From Eubacteriales bacterium (lineage in GTDB: Bacteria > Bacillota > Clostridia > Oscillospirales > CAG-272): a stretch of DNA of 64,000 nucleotides. How positions within the stretch are numbered: position 1 is the first letter of the stretch; the number at the start of each line of letters is the position of its first letter. Below the pieces are notes generated by a model. That model saw only the letters and a program-made list of their open reading frames with translations. It was not told the origin of the DNA and made no database searches. Positions 17,339 to 27,189 of this stretch are shown in pieces. Both the position numbers and the translations under genes were made by a program. Location of the stretch: positions 4,795 through 68,794 of the forward strand of contig JAZRQS010000027.1 of the NCBI GenBank assembly GCA_045649925.1, given 5' to 3'.

Positions 17339-18040
17339 TCAGATAAAAGGTATAAGATTGATTATAAATTCCATTCCTGAAATGATTTTTCCTACAAGGA
17401 ATGACAGGGGCGCATCAAGCACGCCTATATAGAGCAGTGCAAAAAGCGCAAGTGAAATATATCTCTCGTATTTCATTACGCCAAAATAATATTTCGGCGG
17501 TAAAAATACATACAACACGCGTGAGCCGTCAAGCGGGGGTACGGGTATCATATTGAAAATTCCGAGCGAGACGTTCAAGGTTGTTCCATACTGAAATAAG
17601 AGAAGTGTATAAGCGATGAATTTGCAAAGGAAGTCAGGCAGGCTGCTTTCCTGTGGTAAAAGCTCCAAAAGTGCTATGCAAATATAGAATATCAGTAAGC
17701 AGATAAATGCCAGAATGAAGTTTGACACAGGCCCTGCCAGAGCCGTTATAGCCATTCCTTTTCTTGGATTTTTAAAATTCCTTGAATTTATCGGTACAGG
17801 CTTTGCCCATCCGAAGTGGAACACGAGCATACATAAAGCTCCGACAAGGTCGAGATGCTTCAGGGGGTTGAGCGACAGTCTGCCAAAGTTTTTGGCTGTA
17901 GAATCGCCCATTTTGTACGCCGCGTATCCGTGGCTGACCTCGTGAAAGGTCAATGCGAGAAGTATTACAGGCACCGTTATGAAGAAGGCGGAAATCTGTG
18001 ATACGTTCATCATGTATGAGTAAATTTTGTAAAATGTCAT
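17339..18040 (-). CDS. Site-2 protease family (peptidase M50) membrane metalloprotease
   Basis: HEVSHGYAA (HExxH) and NMIPVPPLDGSRV motifs in a polytopic protein. Confidence 0.85.
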   Translation of the reverse strand: MTFYKIYSYMMNVSQISAFFITVPVILLALTFHEVSHGYAAYKMGDSTAKNFGRLSLNPLKHLDLVGALCMLVFHFGWAKPVPINSRNFKNPRKGMAITALAGPVSNFILAFICLLIFYICIALLELLPQESSLPDFLCKFIAYTLLLFQYGTTLNVSLGIFNMIPVPPLDGSRVLYVFLPPKYYFGVMKYERYISLALFALLYIGVLDAPLSFLVGKIISGMEFIINLIPFI

Positions 18041-18042
18041 AA

Positions 18043-18645
18043 TTAGCCGTTAATATGCGCAAATATTTCGTTCCACAATTGCTGCTTGCCGTCCTTGGTG
18101 ACAGAGGAGAATGGGATAACGTTTATTCCCGTTCCGTTGAAATACTCTGCCTCTATATCCTTCAGGGCGTTTTGTAGTGCGGTCTTGCTCAGCTTGTCCG
18201 ACTTTGTGGCCACCACGATAAATGGGGTGTCTGTGTCAATGAGCCAGTTGATCATATCAATATCGTCATTCGTAGGGCCGTGTCTTACGTCGATGAGCTG
18301 TATGACGAGCTTGAGCAGGTCGCGGTCGGGATTCTTTGTGAAAAATTCTTCGGTCAGGGTGGACCATACTACCTTGCTGTCCATAGATCTTTTCGCATAG
18401 CCGTATCCTGGCAGGTCGACGAAATATATCTTGCCGTCAATGTCGTAGTAGTTTATCGTTATTGTCTTTCCGGGAGCAGAGCTCACACGAGCCATGGACT
18501 TTCTGTCGAGGAGCGTGTTTATGAGAGAGCTTTTTCCTACATTAGAGCGACCGGAAAATGCTATTTGAGGTCGCACGTCGTGTGGAAACTGCTTTTTACT
18601 TCCTGCGCTTATTTTAAGCGATACTTTGTTTGGGTTGATGGTCAT
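18043..18645 (-). CDS. engB: Ribosome biogenesis GTPase YsxC/EngB
   Basis: GRSNVGKSSLINTL, DLPGYGYA, ATKSDKL. Start set at ATG 18645 with an AAGGA SD. The longer ORF would overlap lon. Confidence 0.9.
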   Translation of the reverse strand: MTINPNKVSLKISAGSKKQFPHDVRPQIAFSGRSNVGKSSLINTLLDRKSMARVSSAPGKTITINYYDIDGKIYFVDLPGYGYAKRSMDSKVVWSTLTEEFFTKNPDRDLLKLVIQLIDVRHGPTNDDIDMINWLIDTDTPFIVVATKSDKLSKTALQNALKDIEAEYFNGTGINVIPFSSVTKDGKQQLWNEIFAHING

Positions 18646-18677
18646 TTTGTTTTCCTTATTGTAGGTGTCGTTTGCTT

Positions 18678-21095
18678 TTATACAGTTGCGTGAGAGCTTG
18701 GGCAAGGCACGGAAATGGCTATAGCCGTGTCACAATGTATGGTGGTGTTTTCCTGATCTGCAGATTTTTTGGTGTCCACCAGAGCATTTTTAAATATATC
18801 CTGCGCCGTATCGCACAAAACGAAATTGAGGCTTTCTCTTGCCTTTGCGTCTATTTCGTCAAGGTCCTTTTCATTTTCACGCGGTATGAGTACTGTTTTT
18901 ACCCCTGCGCTATAAGCAGCAAGAGTCTTTTCTTTTAGTCCTCCTATAGGGAGCACCTTTCCACGCAGCGTTATCTCTCCTGTCATAGCGACGTCGCGCC
19001 TTACAGGAGTGTTTGTCAAAGCGCTGACAAGAGCGCACGTCATGGTAACACCGGCAGAGGGGCCGTCCTTCGGCACTGCGCCTTCAGGGAAGTGTATATG
19101 TATATCACGCTTGTCAAATATTGTGGCATCTACACCAAGCGTGTCTGCGACACTTCTTATATAGCTGATTGCTATTTTTGCTGATTCCTTCATCACATCG
19201 CCAAGTGAGCCTGTAAGCTCCAACTTACCGCTTCCGTTCATAATAGCGACCTCGACCTTCAAGAGATCTCCGCCGACTGTGGTGTAGGCAAGGCCATTTA
19301 CTACTCCTACCTCATCGCTTTCAGATATAAGCTCGGGCAAGTACTTGCGCTTGCCAAGATAGGATTCAACGTCAGAAGCAGAAATTTTCACTGTTGCAGA
19401 GTTGCTTTCCACTATCTTTACTGCCGCCTTTCTGCAAAGCGCCGCTATCTCTCGCTCAAGATTTCTTACACCTGCTTCACGCGTGTAGTAATCGACAAGC
19501 TCGCAAAGTGCATCAGACGAGAGCTTGAAGCTTGTCTTTGTCAAGCCGTGGCGCTTCATCTGCTTCGGGAGCAGGTGGCGTGTAGCGATAGCCAGCTTCT
19601 CCGTACGAGAATAAGCAGGGAGCTGTATCACTTCCATTCTGTCGAGCAGAGGAGTGGGAATATCATCGTAGTTATTTGCGGTAGCTACAAAAATGCAGTC
19701 GGAGAGGTCGATAGGAAGCTCAAGGAAATGATCCCTGAAATATTTGTTCTGCTCAGGGTCGAGCGCCTCAAGAAGAGCAGAGGAGGGATCGCCATGATTG
19801 TCACGGCACAGCTTGTCGATTTCGTCGAGCGCAATAACGGGGTTCATAGACTCCGCCTCTGTTATCGCATTGACAATTCGGCCCGGCATTGCTCCTACGT
19901 AGGTCTTTCTGTGACCTCTTATGTCAGCCTCGTCACGTATGCCACCAAGAGAAATTCTCGCATATTTTCTCTTCATTGCTCTTGCAAGGGAAGCGATTAT
20001 GGAGGTCTTTCCTATACCAGGAGGGCCTACGAGGCATATTATCTGGTTTTTAATGTCGGGGGACAGCGCCTTTACGGCTACGTATTCGAGCATACGCTCC
20101 TTGATTTTCTTCAGTCCCTCGTGGTCTTTTTCAAGAATTGCTTTCGCTGTCTTGATATTCACCTGCTGATTTGAAAGCTTGTTCCACGGGATCTCAAGAC
20201 AGGTGTCAAGGTAGTTACGCAACACAGTGCTTTCGGCAGCACCGAATGGCGTCTTGCTCAATTTTGAAAGCTCCTTTTTGAGCTTTTCTGCCACGTTCTG
20301 TGGAAGCGAGGCCTTTTCTATTTTCTCGGCGTATTCTTCAATTTCGTCAGCATCCTCGCCAAGCTCCTGCTGTATAAACTTCACCTGCTCGCGCAGATAA
20401 AATTCCTTTTGGTGCTCGTCTATCCTTCTTCTGACGTTCTGATGTATCCTGAACTCGCATTCGATTATCGACTGCTCCTCGTTCAGTATGGCGAGCAGCT
20501 TTTCAAGACGCGTCACGTGATTTATGACGTCGAGTATCTTCTGCTTGTTTTCAAGGTTCATCAAAAAGCTTGATGCGACAAAATCGGCAAACGTGGACGG
20601 CTGCTTTATAGCGATAGCGTTTCCAAGCAGCTCATCGGTGATAAGCGGATGTATCTTTTTAGTTTCGTTGAGCAGCTTGATAATGTCGTTCATAAGAGCG
20701 CTCGCCTTTGGAGTAAGGGGCGTGTCAGAGAACATGACCTTACATACGGCATCTGCTGTGAAGTATCCGTCTGCAAACTCAAACGAGCTTATCTTTGCAC
20801 GGCAAATTCCCTCGAAAATTACATTGTATATTCCGTCGGGATTTTTCGTCACGTGCTTTATAGCACACATAGTACCCATCTTGTAAAGGTCCTTGGGGCC
20901 GGGGTTTTCTACAGCTATATCCTTTTGCGAAACGAGTATAACTCGGCTTTCGTTTTGTATCGCCGCGTGAAACGCTTTGATAGACATATCTCTAGTTATT
21001 TCAAGGTTGACAGGCAGAGCAGGGAATGCAGTAGTACCCTTGAGCGGCAATACGGGGAGCTTTACCTCTTCAGCCTTTTCTATATATTTTGGCAT
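18678..21095 (-). CDS. lon: ATP-dependent Lon protease (LonA)
   Basis: LON N-domain, AAA+ motif GPPGIGKTS, protease site [11 protein letters not shown]. Confidence 0.95.
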   Translation of the reverse strand: MPKYIEKAEEVKLPVLPLKGTTAFPALPVNLEITRDMSIKAFHAAIQNESRVILVSQKDIAVENPGPKDLYKMGTMCAIKHVTKNPDGIYNVIFEGICRAKISSFEFADGYFTADAVCKVMFSDTPLTPKASALMNDIIKLLNETKKIHPLITDELLGNAIAIKQPSTFADFVASSFLMNLENKQKILDVINHVTRLEKLLAILNEEQSIIECEFRIHQNVRRRIDEHQKEFYLREQVKFIQQELGEDADEIEEYAEKIEKASLPQNVAEKLKKELSKLSKTPFGAAESTVLRNYLDTCLEIPWNKLSNQQVNIKTAKAILEKDHEGLKKIKERMLEYVAVKALSPDIKNQIICLVGPPGIGKTSIIASLARAMKRKYARISLGGIRDEADIRGHRKTYVGAMPGRIVNAITEAESMNPVIALDEIDKLCRDNHGDPSSALLEALDPEQNKYFRDHFLELPIDLSDCIFVATANNYDDIPTPLLDRMEVIQLPAYSRTEKLAIATRHLLPKQMKRHGLTKTSFKLSSDALCELVDYYTREAGVRNLEREIAALCRKAAVKIVESNSATVKISASDVESYLGKRKYLPELISESDEVGVVNGLAYTTVGGDLLKVEVAIMNGSGKLELTGSLGDVMKESAKIAISYIRSVADTLGVDATIFDKRDIHIHFPEGAVPKDGPSAGVTMTCALVSALTNTPVRRDVAMTGEITLRGKVLPIGGLKEKTLAAYSAGVKTVLIPRENEKDLDEIDAKARESLNFVLCDTAQDIFKNALVDTKKSADQENTTIHCDTAIAISVPCPSSHATV

Positions 21096-21289
21096 AATTA
21101 CGTATCCTCGGTATTCTTACAATTGCGATTATCTGTCAAGTAACAGAAATTCTATACATTTAAAATATATTATATCATACAAAAAACATTTTTTCCATAC
21201 TTTTTTTGAAATTCCTCAAATTGTTTTCAGCACGTTAAAAGTTGAATGCAGGAAAAAATAAAATTTGTAAATAAAAATGCAAAAAACTA

Positions 21290-21318
21290 TTGACAACGAT
21301 GATAAAGCGTGATATAAT
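21290..21318 (+). promoter_or_regulatory. Consensus sigma-A promoter of the infC-rpmI-rplT operon
   Basis: TTGACA (21290-21295), 17 nt, TGaTATAAT extended -10 (hexamer 21313-21318), A-tract upstream. Confidence 0.8.
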
Positions 21319-21324
21319 ACCAAA

Positions 21325-21460
21325 CGTTGAGGATATTTCCTCGTTACAACAAGCAGAATTTTCCGTTCTCACCGACGCGCTCTATCACGTTCGGTAAATA
21401 TTTCTGGCGACAAGCCATTAGTATGCGTACGGGATTTCTGTATGCATTTTTTGTTTTTTG
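21325..21460 (+). promoter_or_regulatory. infC leader (L20-leader-type attenuator) with an intrinsic terminator
   Basis: About 135-nt untranslated leader ahead of infC. It contains the hairpin TGCGTAC (21424-21430) / GTATGCA (21440-21446) followed by TTTTTTGTTTTTT. Firmicute infC operons are attenuated by L20 through such a leader. Confidence 0.55.
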
Positions 21461-21473
21461 GAGGTGTACACCT

Positions 21474-21992
21474 ATTAGCGCGAAGGAATTGCAGATTAAC
21501 GATGATATCAAGCTTAAGGAGGTCAGACTTGTTGGTACTGACGGAGAACAGCTTGGTGTTATGAGTTCAGATGACGCACGCGAGTATGCGTATTCGAGAG
21601 GTCTTGACCTCGTACTTATTTCACCTCAGGCAACGCCGCCCGTATGTCGAGCAATGGACTACGGAAAGTATCGCTTTGAGCGTGACAAAAAGGAAAAGGA
21701 AGCTAAAAAGAAGCAGCAGATCGTAAAGGTCAAGGAAGTACAGCTTTCTTGCCGTATCGACACTCACGACTTTGAGACACGTGTAAATCACGCCAAGAGA
21801 TTTATCTCTGATGGCGATAAGGTAAGAGCAGTGGTAAGATTCAAGGGTAGAGAGATGGCTCATCAGGAGATAGGCTTGTCTGTGCTTGAGAAGTTTATCG
21901 AGGCTTGCTCCGAGGTAGCAGACGCAGAGAAGAAGCCCTCTATGGAAGGCAGATTTATGTCTGTGACACTTGCACCTAAAAAACACAAGTAA
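21474..21992 (+). CDS. infC: Translation initiation factor IF-3
   Basis: ISAKELQINDDIKLKEVRLVG..., 173 aa. GGAGG at 21461-21465 lies 8 nt before an in-frame ATT (21474). A non-AUG start is characteristic of infC. The longer tracked ORF runs through the leader. Confidence 0.9.
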   Translation: MSAKELQINDDIKLKEVRLVGTDGEQLGVMSSDDAREYAYSRGLDLVLISPQATPPVCRAMDYGKYRFERDKKEKEAKKKQQIVKVKEVQLSCRIDTHDFETRVNHAKRFISDGDKVRAVVRFKGREMAHQEIGLSVLEKFIEACSEVADAEKKPSMEGRFMSVTLAPKKHK

Positions 21993-22053
21993 GTTTATAC
22001 ATTCACAGAGCTGAATTTGTATATTAGCCAGAACATTAAAAAGGAGAAAAACA

Positions 22054-22248
22054 ATGGGAAAAATCAAAACACATAAAGCATCAGCCAAGAGATTTTCTGT
22101 TACTGCAGGTGGTAAGGTAAAAATGCATCACCCTCATCACCGTCACAATCTTGGTATAAAGACAGCAAAGCGCAAGAGAAGCTTGCGTAAGGGCGCAATT
22201 CTTAGCAGCTCTTTCGCACCTGCAATCAGAACACTTATCCAGAAATAA
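22054..22248 (+). CDS. rpmI: 50S ribosomal protein L35
   Basis: MGKIKTHKASAKRFSVTAGGKVK..., basic, 64 aa, located between infC and rplT. Confidence 0.95.
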   Translation: MGKIKTHKASAKRFSVTAGGKVKMHHPHHRHNLGIKTAKRKRSLRKGAILSSSFAPAIRTLIQK

Positions 22249-22285
22249 GCGTTCAAACTAAATTTGAAATTCGGAGGATAATATA

Positions 22286-22639
22286 ATGGCAAGAGTAAAA
22301 GGCGCAATGATGACCCGCAAGAGAAGAAAGAGTGTTCTCAAGGCGGCTAAGGGATATTGGGGTGCTAAGAGCAAGCACTTTAAGATGGCTAAACAGGCCG
22401 TAATGAAGAGCGGTAACTATGCTTTCGTTGGTCGCAAGCTCAAGAAGAGAGATTTCCGCAAGTTGTGGATCACTCGTATTTCCGCACAGGCAAAGGGTTG
22501 TGGCATGAACTATTCCACACTTATGCACGGTCTTAAGAAGGCTGGCATTGACCTCAACCGCAAGATGCTCGCTGAGATAGCTGTATCCGATAAGGAAGCA
22601 TTCAACGCACTTGCAGAGAAGGCAAAGGCAGCTCTTTAA
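22286..22639 (+). CDS. rplT: 50S ribosomal protein L20
   Basis: [30 protein letters not shown]... is a classic L20 N-terminus. Confidence 0.95.
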   Translation: MARVKGAMMTRKRRKSVLKAAKGYWGAKSKHFKMAKQAVMKSGNYAFVGRKLKKRDFRKLWITRISAQAKGCGMNYSTLMHGLKKAGIDLNRKMLAEIAVSDKEAFNALAEKAKAAL

Positions 22640-22647
22640 TTAAAAAT

Positions 22648-22685
22648 CGGTATTGCCGACTTCGGTCGGCATTACCGGTTTTTTG
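22648..22685 (+). terminator. Intrinsic terminator after rplT
   Basis: CGGTATTGCCGAC-TTCG-GTCGGCATTACCG stem-loop followed by a T-run. Confidence 0.85.
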
Positions 22686-22722
22686 TTATTTTTAGCGATA
22701 TGGTTAGACGGAGAATATACGT

Positions 22723-23553
22723 ATGATTTTTGTAAAAGATGTGATAACTGCAAGGAAAAATCCTACTGTCGTGCGCATTGCGTCATTGCAGAGCAAGAAG
22801 GGCAGAGATGAAAATTCCGCCTTTATGGCAGAGGGCGTCAAGCTGTTTCGTGAGGCTGTCAGGTCTGATTTGCCTATCGAATGTGTCTTGGTAAACGAGG
22901 ATAAAAAGGACGTAATTTATCCGATAATTCAAGAGGAATTGCAGGATGAAAAGTATAGTCTGACCAAAATTTACACGTTGAGTGATAGCTGTTTTGCAAA
23001 AATAAGTACAGAAAAATCGCCTCAAGGCGTAATAGTTATCATAAAACATCTTGACTTTTTCAAAAGTTGTAATAAAATAATAGAAGAGAATATTATTAAT
23101 AAAGATAAGAAATCTATAATGTTGTCGTCAATGAGAGATCCCGGCAACCTTGGATCTGTCATAAGGAGTGCGGTGGCATTTGGTGCTGAGCGTATAATAA
23201 TATCCGACGACTGCGCCGACGTATACAACCCAAAAACCATAAGAGCGGCGATGGGTAGTCTTTTCAAGGTAGAGATTCTTATTTCGCAAAACCTCGTCGA
23301 TACAGTAGCCTTACTGCAAAGGGCGGGAAAGCGAGTATTTGCGGCAGAGCTGCGAGACAACGCCGTATCGCTTGACGATATGGAACTGCTGCCAAGCGAC
23401 GTCGTTGTAATAGGTAACGAGGGACACGGCATACCCGAGGAGCTGTCACAGGCATGTGACGGAAGCGTGTATATACCGATTTCCCCCTTGGCCGAATCCT
23501 TGAATGCATCCGTTGCAGCGGCGATTTTTATGAGAGAGCAGAGAATAATCTAA
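22723..23553 (+). CDS. TrmH/SpoU-family RNA 2'-O-methyltransferase
   Basis: SpoU C-terminal motifs: DPGNLGSVIRSAVAFG, VVIGNEGHGIP, SLNASVAAAI. Confidence 0.85.
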   Translation: MIFVKDVITARKNPTVVRIASLQSKKGRDENSAFMAEGVKLFREAVRSDLPIECVLVNEDKKDVIYPIIQEELQDEKYSLTKIYTLSDSCFAKISTEKSPQGVIVIIKHLDFFKSCNKIIEENIINKDKKSIMLSSMRDPGNLGSVIRSAVAFGAERIIISDDCADVYNPKTIRAAMGSLFKVEILISQNLVDTVALLQRAGKRVFAAELRDNAVSLDDMELLPSDVVVIGNEGHGIPEELSQACDGSVYIPISPLAESLNASVAAAIFMREQRII

Positions 23554-23570
23554 ATTTCTCGGTGGTGCAT

Positions 23571-24851
23571 ATGAACAATTCCGTAGAATATATAATTTAT
23601 TGGCTGTGGCTCAGCCTGCGCTGTGCCCCCGGCTCAAAAACATACGCTACGTTACGTAAGAGCTTTGACAATCCGTATTGCATCTATCATGCAAGTGAGG
23701 AGCAATTAGAGCTCGCCCTTGCCGGAAGCAGGCGAGAGATCAGGTGTTTGTGCAACAAGGACCTTTCCGATGTGAAAAAGCTGCTTGACTATTGTGTACG
23801 GACAGGCATAAAGCTCATATGCTACGATAGTGACGAATACCCTGCGTCCCTACGTGAAATTGAAAATCCTCCCGTATTGCTGTACTGCCTTGGCGAAATG
23901 CCGAGCGCACAGGAAAAGCTCTTTGTTTCCGTAGTAGGAACAAGGACTATGAGCGACTATGGCAAGCGCATGGCGTTTGAAATAGCAAGCGACCTCTCTA
24001 TAGCAGGCGCAGTCGTCGTCAGCGGATTGGCGCTCGGAATTGACGGGTGTGCACACGCAGCGGCAATGAGCGCAAAAGGGAAGACTGTAGCCGTTTTAGG
24101 AAATGGCGTTGACAGTGTGTATCCACCACAGCACAAGCGACTTGCATCATACGTCGCAAACAACGGAGCTGTAATCTCGGAGTATCCTCCCGCGTCTGCT
24201 CCTGAAAAATATAATTTCCCGACTCGCAACCGAATTATCAGCGCCATGTCTCAGGCAGTTGTGGTTATAGAGGCGGATGAAACAAGTGGCGCTCTGATTA
24301 CAGGGCGTAAGGCGTTGGAGCAGGGTAAAAAGGTTTATGCCTTGCCCGGAAACGTCGATGAAAAGAACAGCTTTGGAATTTCTATGCTTATCAAGGAGGG
24401 CGCAAAGCCGATAAGCTGCGCAGACGACATCCTTGATGACTTTAATTCAATTTACGATAGCAAGGTGAATATTTTCAACCTCTTGAAGCGTAGCGCGCTT
24501 GCAGTTGATATTGCTCTTGAAAAATATGGCGTTGAGCGCAGGCGTGAAAAGGCAACAAAATCCTCCTCAAGAGCAAAACGGCAGGAGAACGAGGATAAAA
24601 TTGCGATAGTCGGTGAAGCGTCTCGGAGCGACGAGCAGACAAGGACTGCTTGCGCGGATGTGAGCGCGACACTGTCAACGCTTGACGACAAAACCGCAGA
24701 GATATATAACAGGATACCTCAAAACGAGGAGATTTTGCTTGACGACATTTTAGGCTCTGAAAAAATGAGCGAGGTGATGGCTTCCATCACTATGCTTGAG
24801 GTTTTGGGACTTGTTCAGAATCTGCCCGGAAATAAAGTCAAGCGCACGTAA
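23571..24851 (+). CDS. dprA: DNA-processing protein DprA (Smf)
   Basis: Rossmann-like core VSVVGTRTMSDYGK...VVSGLALGIDGCAHAAA...FPTRNRIISAMS, with a long C-terminal extension. Start at ATG 23571 after GGTGG. Confidence 0.9.
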   Translation: MNNSVEYIIYWLWLSLRCAPGSKTYATLRKSFDNPYCIYHASEEQLELALAGSRREIRCLCNKDLSDVKKLLDYCVRTGIKLICYDSDEYPASLREIENPPVLLYCLGEMPSAQEKLFVSVVGTRTMSDYGKRMAFEIASDLSIAGAVVVSGLALGIDGCAHAAAMSAKGKTVAVLGNGVDSVYPPQHKRLASYVANNGAVISEYPPASAPEKYNFPTRNRIISAMSQAVVVIEADETSGALITGRKALEQGKKVYALPGNVDEKNSFGISMLIKEGAKPISCADDILDDFNSIYDSKVNIFNLLKRSALAVDIALEKYGVERRREKATKSSSRAKRQENEDKIAIVGEASRSDEQTRTACADVSATLSTLDDKTAEIYNRIPQNEEILLDDILGSEKMSEVMASITMLEVLGLVQNLPGNKVKRT

Positions 24852-24910
24852 AATAAGCGTTGAAAATAAGAAGATACATTGGAAGATATAATAGACGAAA
24901 GGTGAAATAA

Positions 24911-27169
24911 ATGGTTAATCTGGTAATAGTTGAGTCTCCGTCCAAGGCAGGCACAATAAAGAGCTATCTCGGTTCCAACTACAAGGTAGTAGCTTCAAAG
25001 GGACACATAAGAGATTTGCCCAAGAGCAGCTTTGGCGTGGATATTGATAATAACTTCGAGCCCCATTATATAAACGTAAGGGGTAAGGGCGAGGTCATAA
25101 AGCTCTTGAAGAAAGAGGCGAAGAATGCAAACAAGATTTTCCTCGCGACTGACCCTGACCGCGAAGGAGAGGCTATTTCGTGGCACATTGCTCAGGCTTT
25201 GGATATTCCACCCGAAAAGCAGTGCAGAATAACTTTTAATGAAATAACAAAGGTAGCGGTAAAAGAGGCGATAAAGCACCCCGTTGCCATAAACGAGGAT
25301 CTTGTAAACTCTCAGCAGGCGAGAAGAATACTCGACAGAATAGTGGGCTACAAACTCAGTCCATTCCTTTGGAAGCACGTAAAAAGCGGACTTTCTGCAG
25401 GACGAGTTCAGTCGGTGGCAATTCGTCTTATCACAGAAAGAGAAGAGGAGATACGCTCCTTTGTACCCAAGGAATATTGGAACATAAAGGCGGACCTTCT
25501 GACGTCTAAAAACGAAAAGATAAAGGCAAAGTTCCACGGCACAAGAGAATATGAAATAAAGGTCACCTGCGAGCAGGATGCCCTCAAGATAGAGAACGCT
25601 GTGAAGAATTCCGATTTCAACGTAGTAAGCGTAAAGAAATCGCAGCGCACGAAGAATCCTCAGCCTCCCTTTACCACCTCCACCATGCAGCAGGAGGCAT
25701 CAAGAAAGCTCGGATTCCCCACACAGAAGATAATGAAGATCGCGCAGGAGCTTTACGAGGGTATAAATATCGGAAGTGAAAACGGCGGTGTTCAGGGTCT
25801 TATAACTTATATGCGTACAGACTCTTTGAGAGTTTCCGCAGTTGCTCAGGATGCGGCAAGAGCATTGATCGCCGAAATGTACGGAGAGGACTATTTCCCC
25901 CACACACCCAAGCAGTATAAGACAAGATCCAATGCACAGGACGCGCACGAGGCGATCAGACCTTCAAACGTAAACATTATACCGAAGAACATTCGTAAGT
26001 ATCTTACAAACGACCAGTTCAAGCTTTATCAGCTTATCTGGAACAGATTTATGGCGAGCCAGATGTCTGCCGCAGTTTTCAACACGGTTTCCGTTGATTT
26101 TGAAAACTCTGGATATATATTCAAGGCGAGCGGTAATACGATAAAATTCAAGGGACATCTCGTTATATACGGCGCATCGGTAGAGGAAACAGATGATGAG
26201 GATATGAGCGTATCGTCCCTGCCTCCCATCACTCAGAATGAAGTTCTCAAGATGGAGAGCTTTGAAAAGGCGCAGATGTTCACAGAGCCCCCTCCGAGAT
26301 ACAACGAGGCTACTCTTGTCAAGTTCTTTGAGGAAAATGGTATAGGTCGTCCCAGCACGTACGCCCCCATAATAACTACTATTATGAGAAACTACGTCAA
26401 ACATGAGGGCAAATCCTTGGTGCCCACCCCTATCGGTGAGATCACTACCAAGCTGATGAAGGAGAAATTCCCCGAAATAGTAGACTACAAGTTTACTGCG
26501 GATATGGAAAATCAGTTTGACCTGATAGCTCGCGGAAAGGTTACTATGCACGATGTGCTCGACGGATTCTACGACGATTTCAAGGAGTCGCTTGCAAATG
26601 CCGATGTCGAGGTGTCGAAGGAAACTATAGAAATTCCTCCGGACGTATCCGATTATGAGTGCGAGAAGTGTGGCGCTAAAATGATATACAAAAACGGACG
26701 CTTTGGTAAGTTCCTTGCGTGTCCGAATTATCCTAAGTGCAAAAACACAAAGGCTATCGGTAAGGACGGAAAAATCACCGAAAAGCAGACAGAGGAGAGT
26801 AAGAGCACAGGTATGACCTGTGAGCTGTGTGGCGGAGAGCTCGTCGTTAGAAACGGCGCATACGGAAGCTTCTACGCATGCAAAAACTACCCTGGCTGTA
26901 AGTTCACCAAGCAGAAGCTCAATGAAATCGGTGTCGCTTGTCCCAAGTGTAGTGCGAGAATTATCGCAAAGCACGGGAAGAACAAGTCGCTCTTCTACAG
27001 CTGTGAGAGATACCCTGAATGTGATTTTTCATCGTGGGATCTCCCCTTGAACGAAAGCTGTCCTGAGTGTGGAAAGATGCTCTTGTATAAAAAGAGTCGC
27101 AAGCAGGTATATTGCTCTGACAAGGACTGCTCGTACAAGCGCGATGATACGAAAAATGTGCAAGGCTGA
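24911..27169 (+). CDS. topA: DNA topoisomerase I
   Basis: Toprim N-terminus (LVIVESPSKAGTIKSYLG, ATDPDREGEAISWH), the ITYMRTDS active-site Tyr region, and four C-terminal Cys4 zinc ribbons. Confidence 0.95.
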   Translation: MVNLVIVESPSKAGTIKSYLGSNYKVVASKGHIRDLPKSSFGVDIDNNFEPHYINVRGKGEVIKLLKKEAKNANKIFLATDPDREGEAISWHIAQALDIPPEKQCRITFNEITKVAVKEAIKHPVAINEDLVNSQQARRILDRIVGYKLSPFLWKHVKSGLSAGRVQSVAIRLITEREEEIRSFVPKEYWNIKADLLTSKNEKIKAKFHGTREYEIKVTCEQDALKIENAVKNSDFNVVSVKKSQRTKNPQPPFTTSTMQQEASRKLGFPTQKIMKIAQELYEGINIGSENGGVQGLITYMRTDSLRVSAVAQDAARALIAEMYGEDYFPHTPKQYKTRSNAQDAHEAIRPSNVNIIPKNIRKYLTNDQFKLYQLIWNRFMASQMSAAVFNTVSVDFENSGYIFKASGNTIKFKGHLVIYGASVEETDDEDMSVSSLPPITQNEVLKMESFEKAQMFTEPPPRYNEATLVKFFEENGIGRPSTYAPIITTIMRNYVKHEGKSLVPTPIGEITTKLMKEKFPEIVDYKFTADMENQFDLIARGKVTMHDVLDGFYDDFKESLANADVEVSKETIEIPPDVSDYECEKCGAKMIYKNGRFGKFLACPNYPKCKNTKAIGKDGKITEKQTEESKSTGMTCELCGGELVVRNGAYGSFYACKNYPGCKFTKQKLNEIGVACPKCSARIIAKHGKNKSLFYSCERYPECDFSSWDLPLNESCPECGKMLLYKKSRKQVYCSDKDCSYKRDDTKNVQG

Positions 27170-27189
27170 AATAAGCAAAAATAATCAGA

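Noticed and set aside
25964-26974. 336-aa ORF on the minus strand inside topA
   Set aside because: It is entirely antisense to a confidently identified gene. It has no SD or recognisable motif, and its composition is typical of an open antisense frame.
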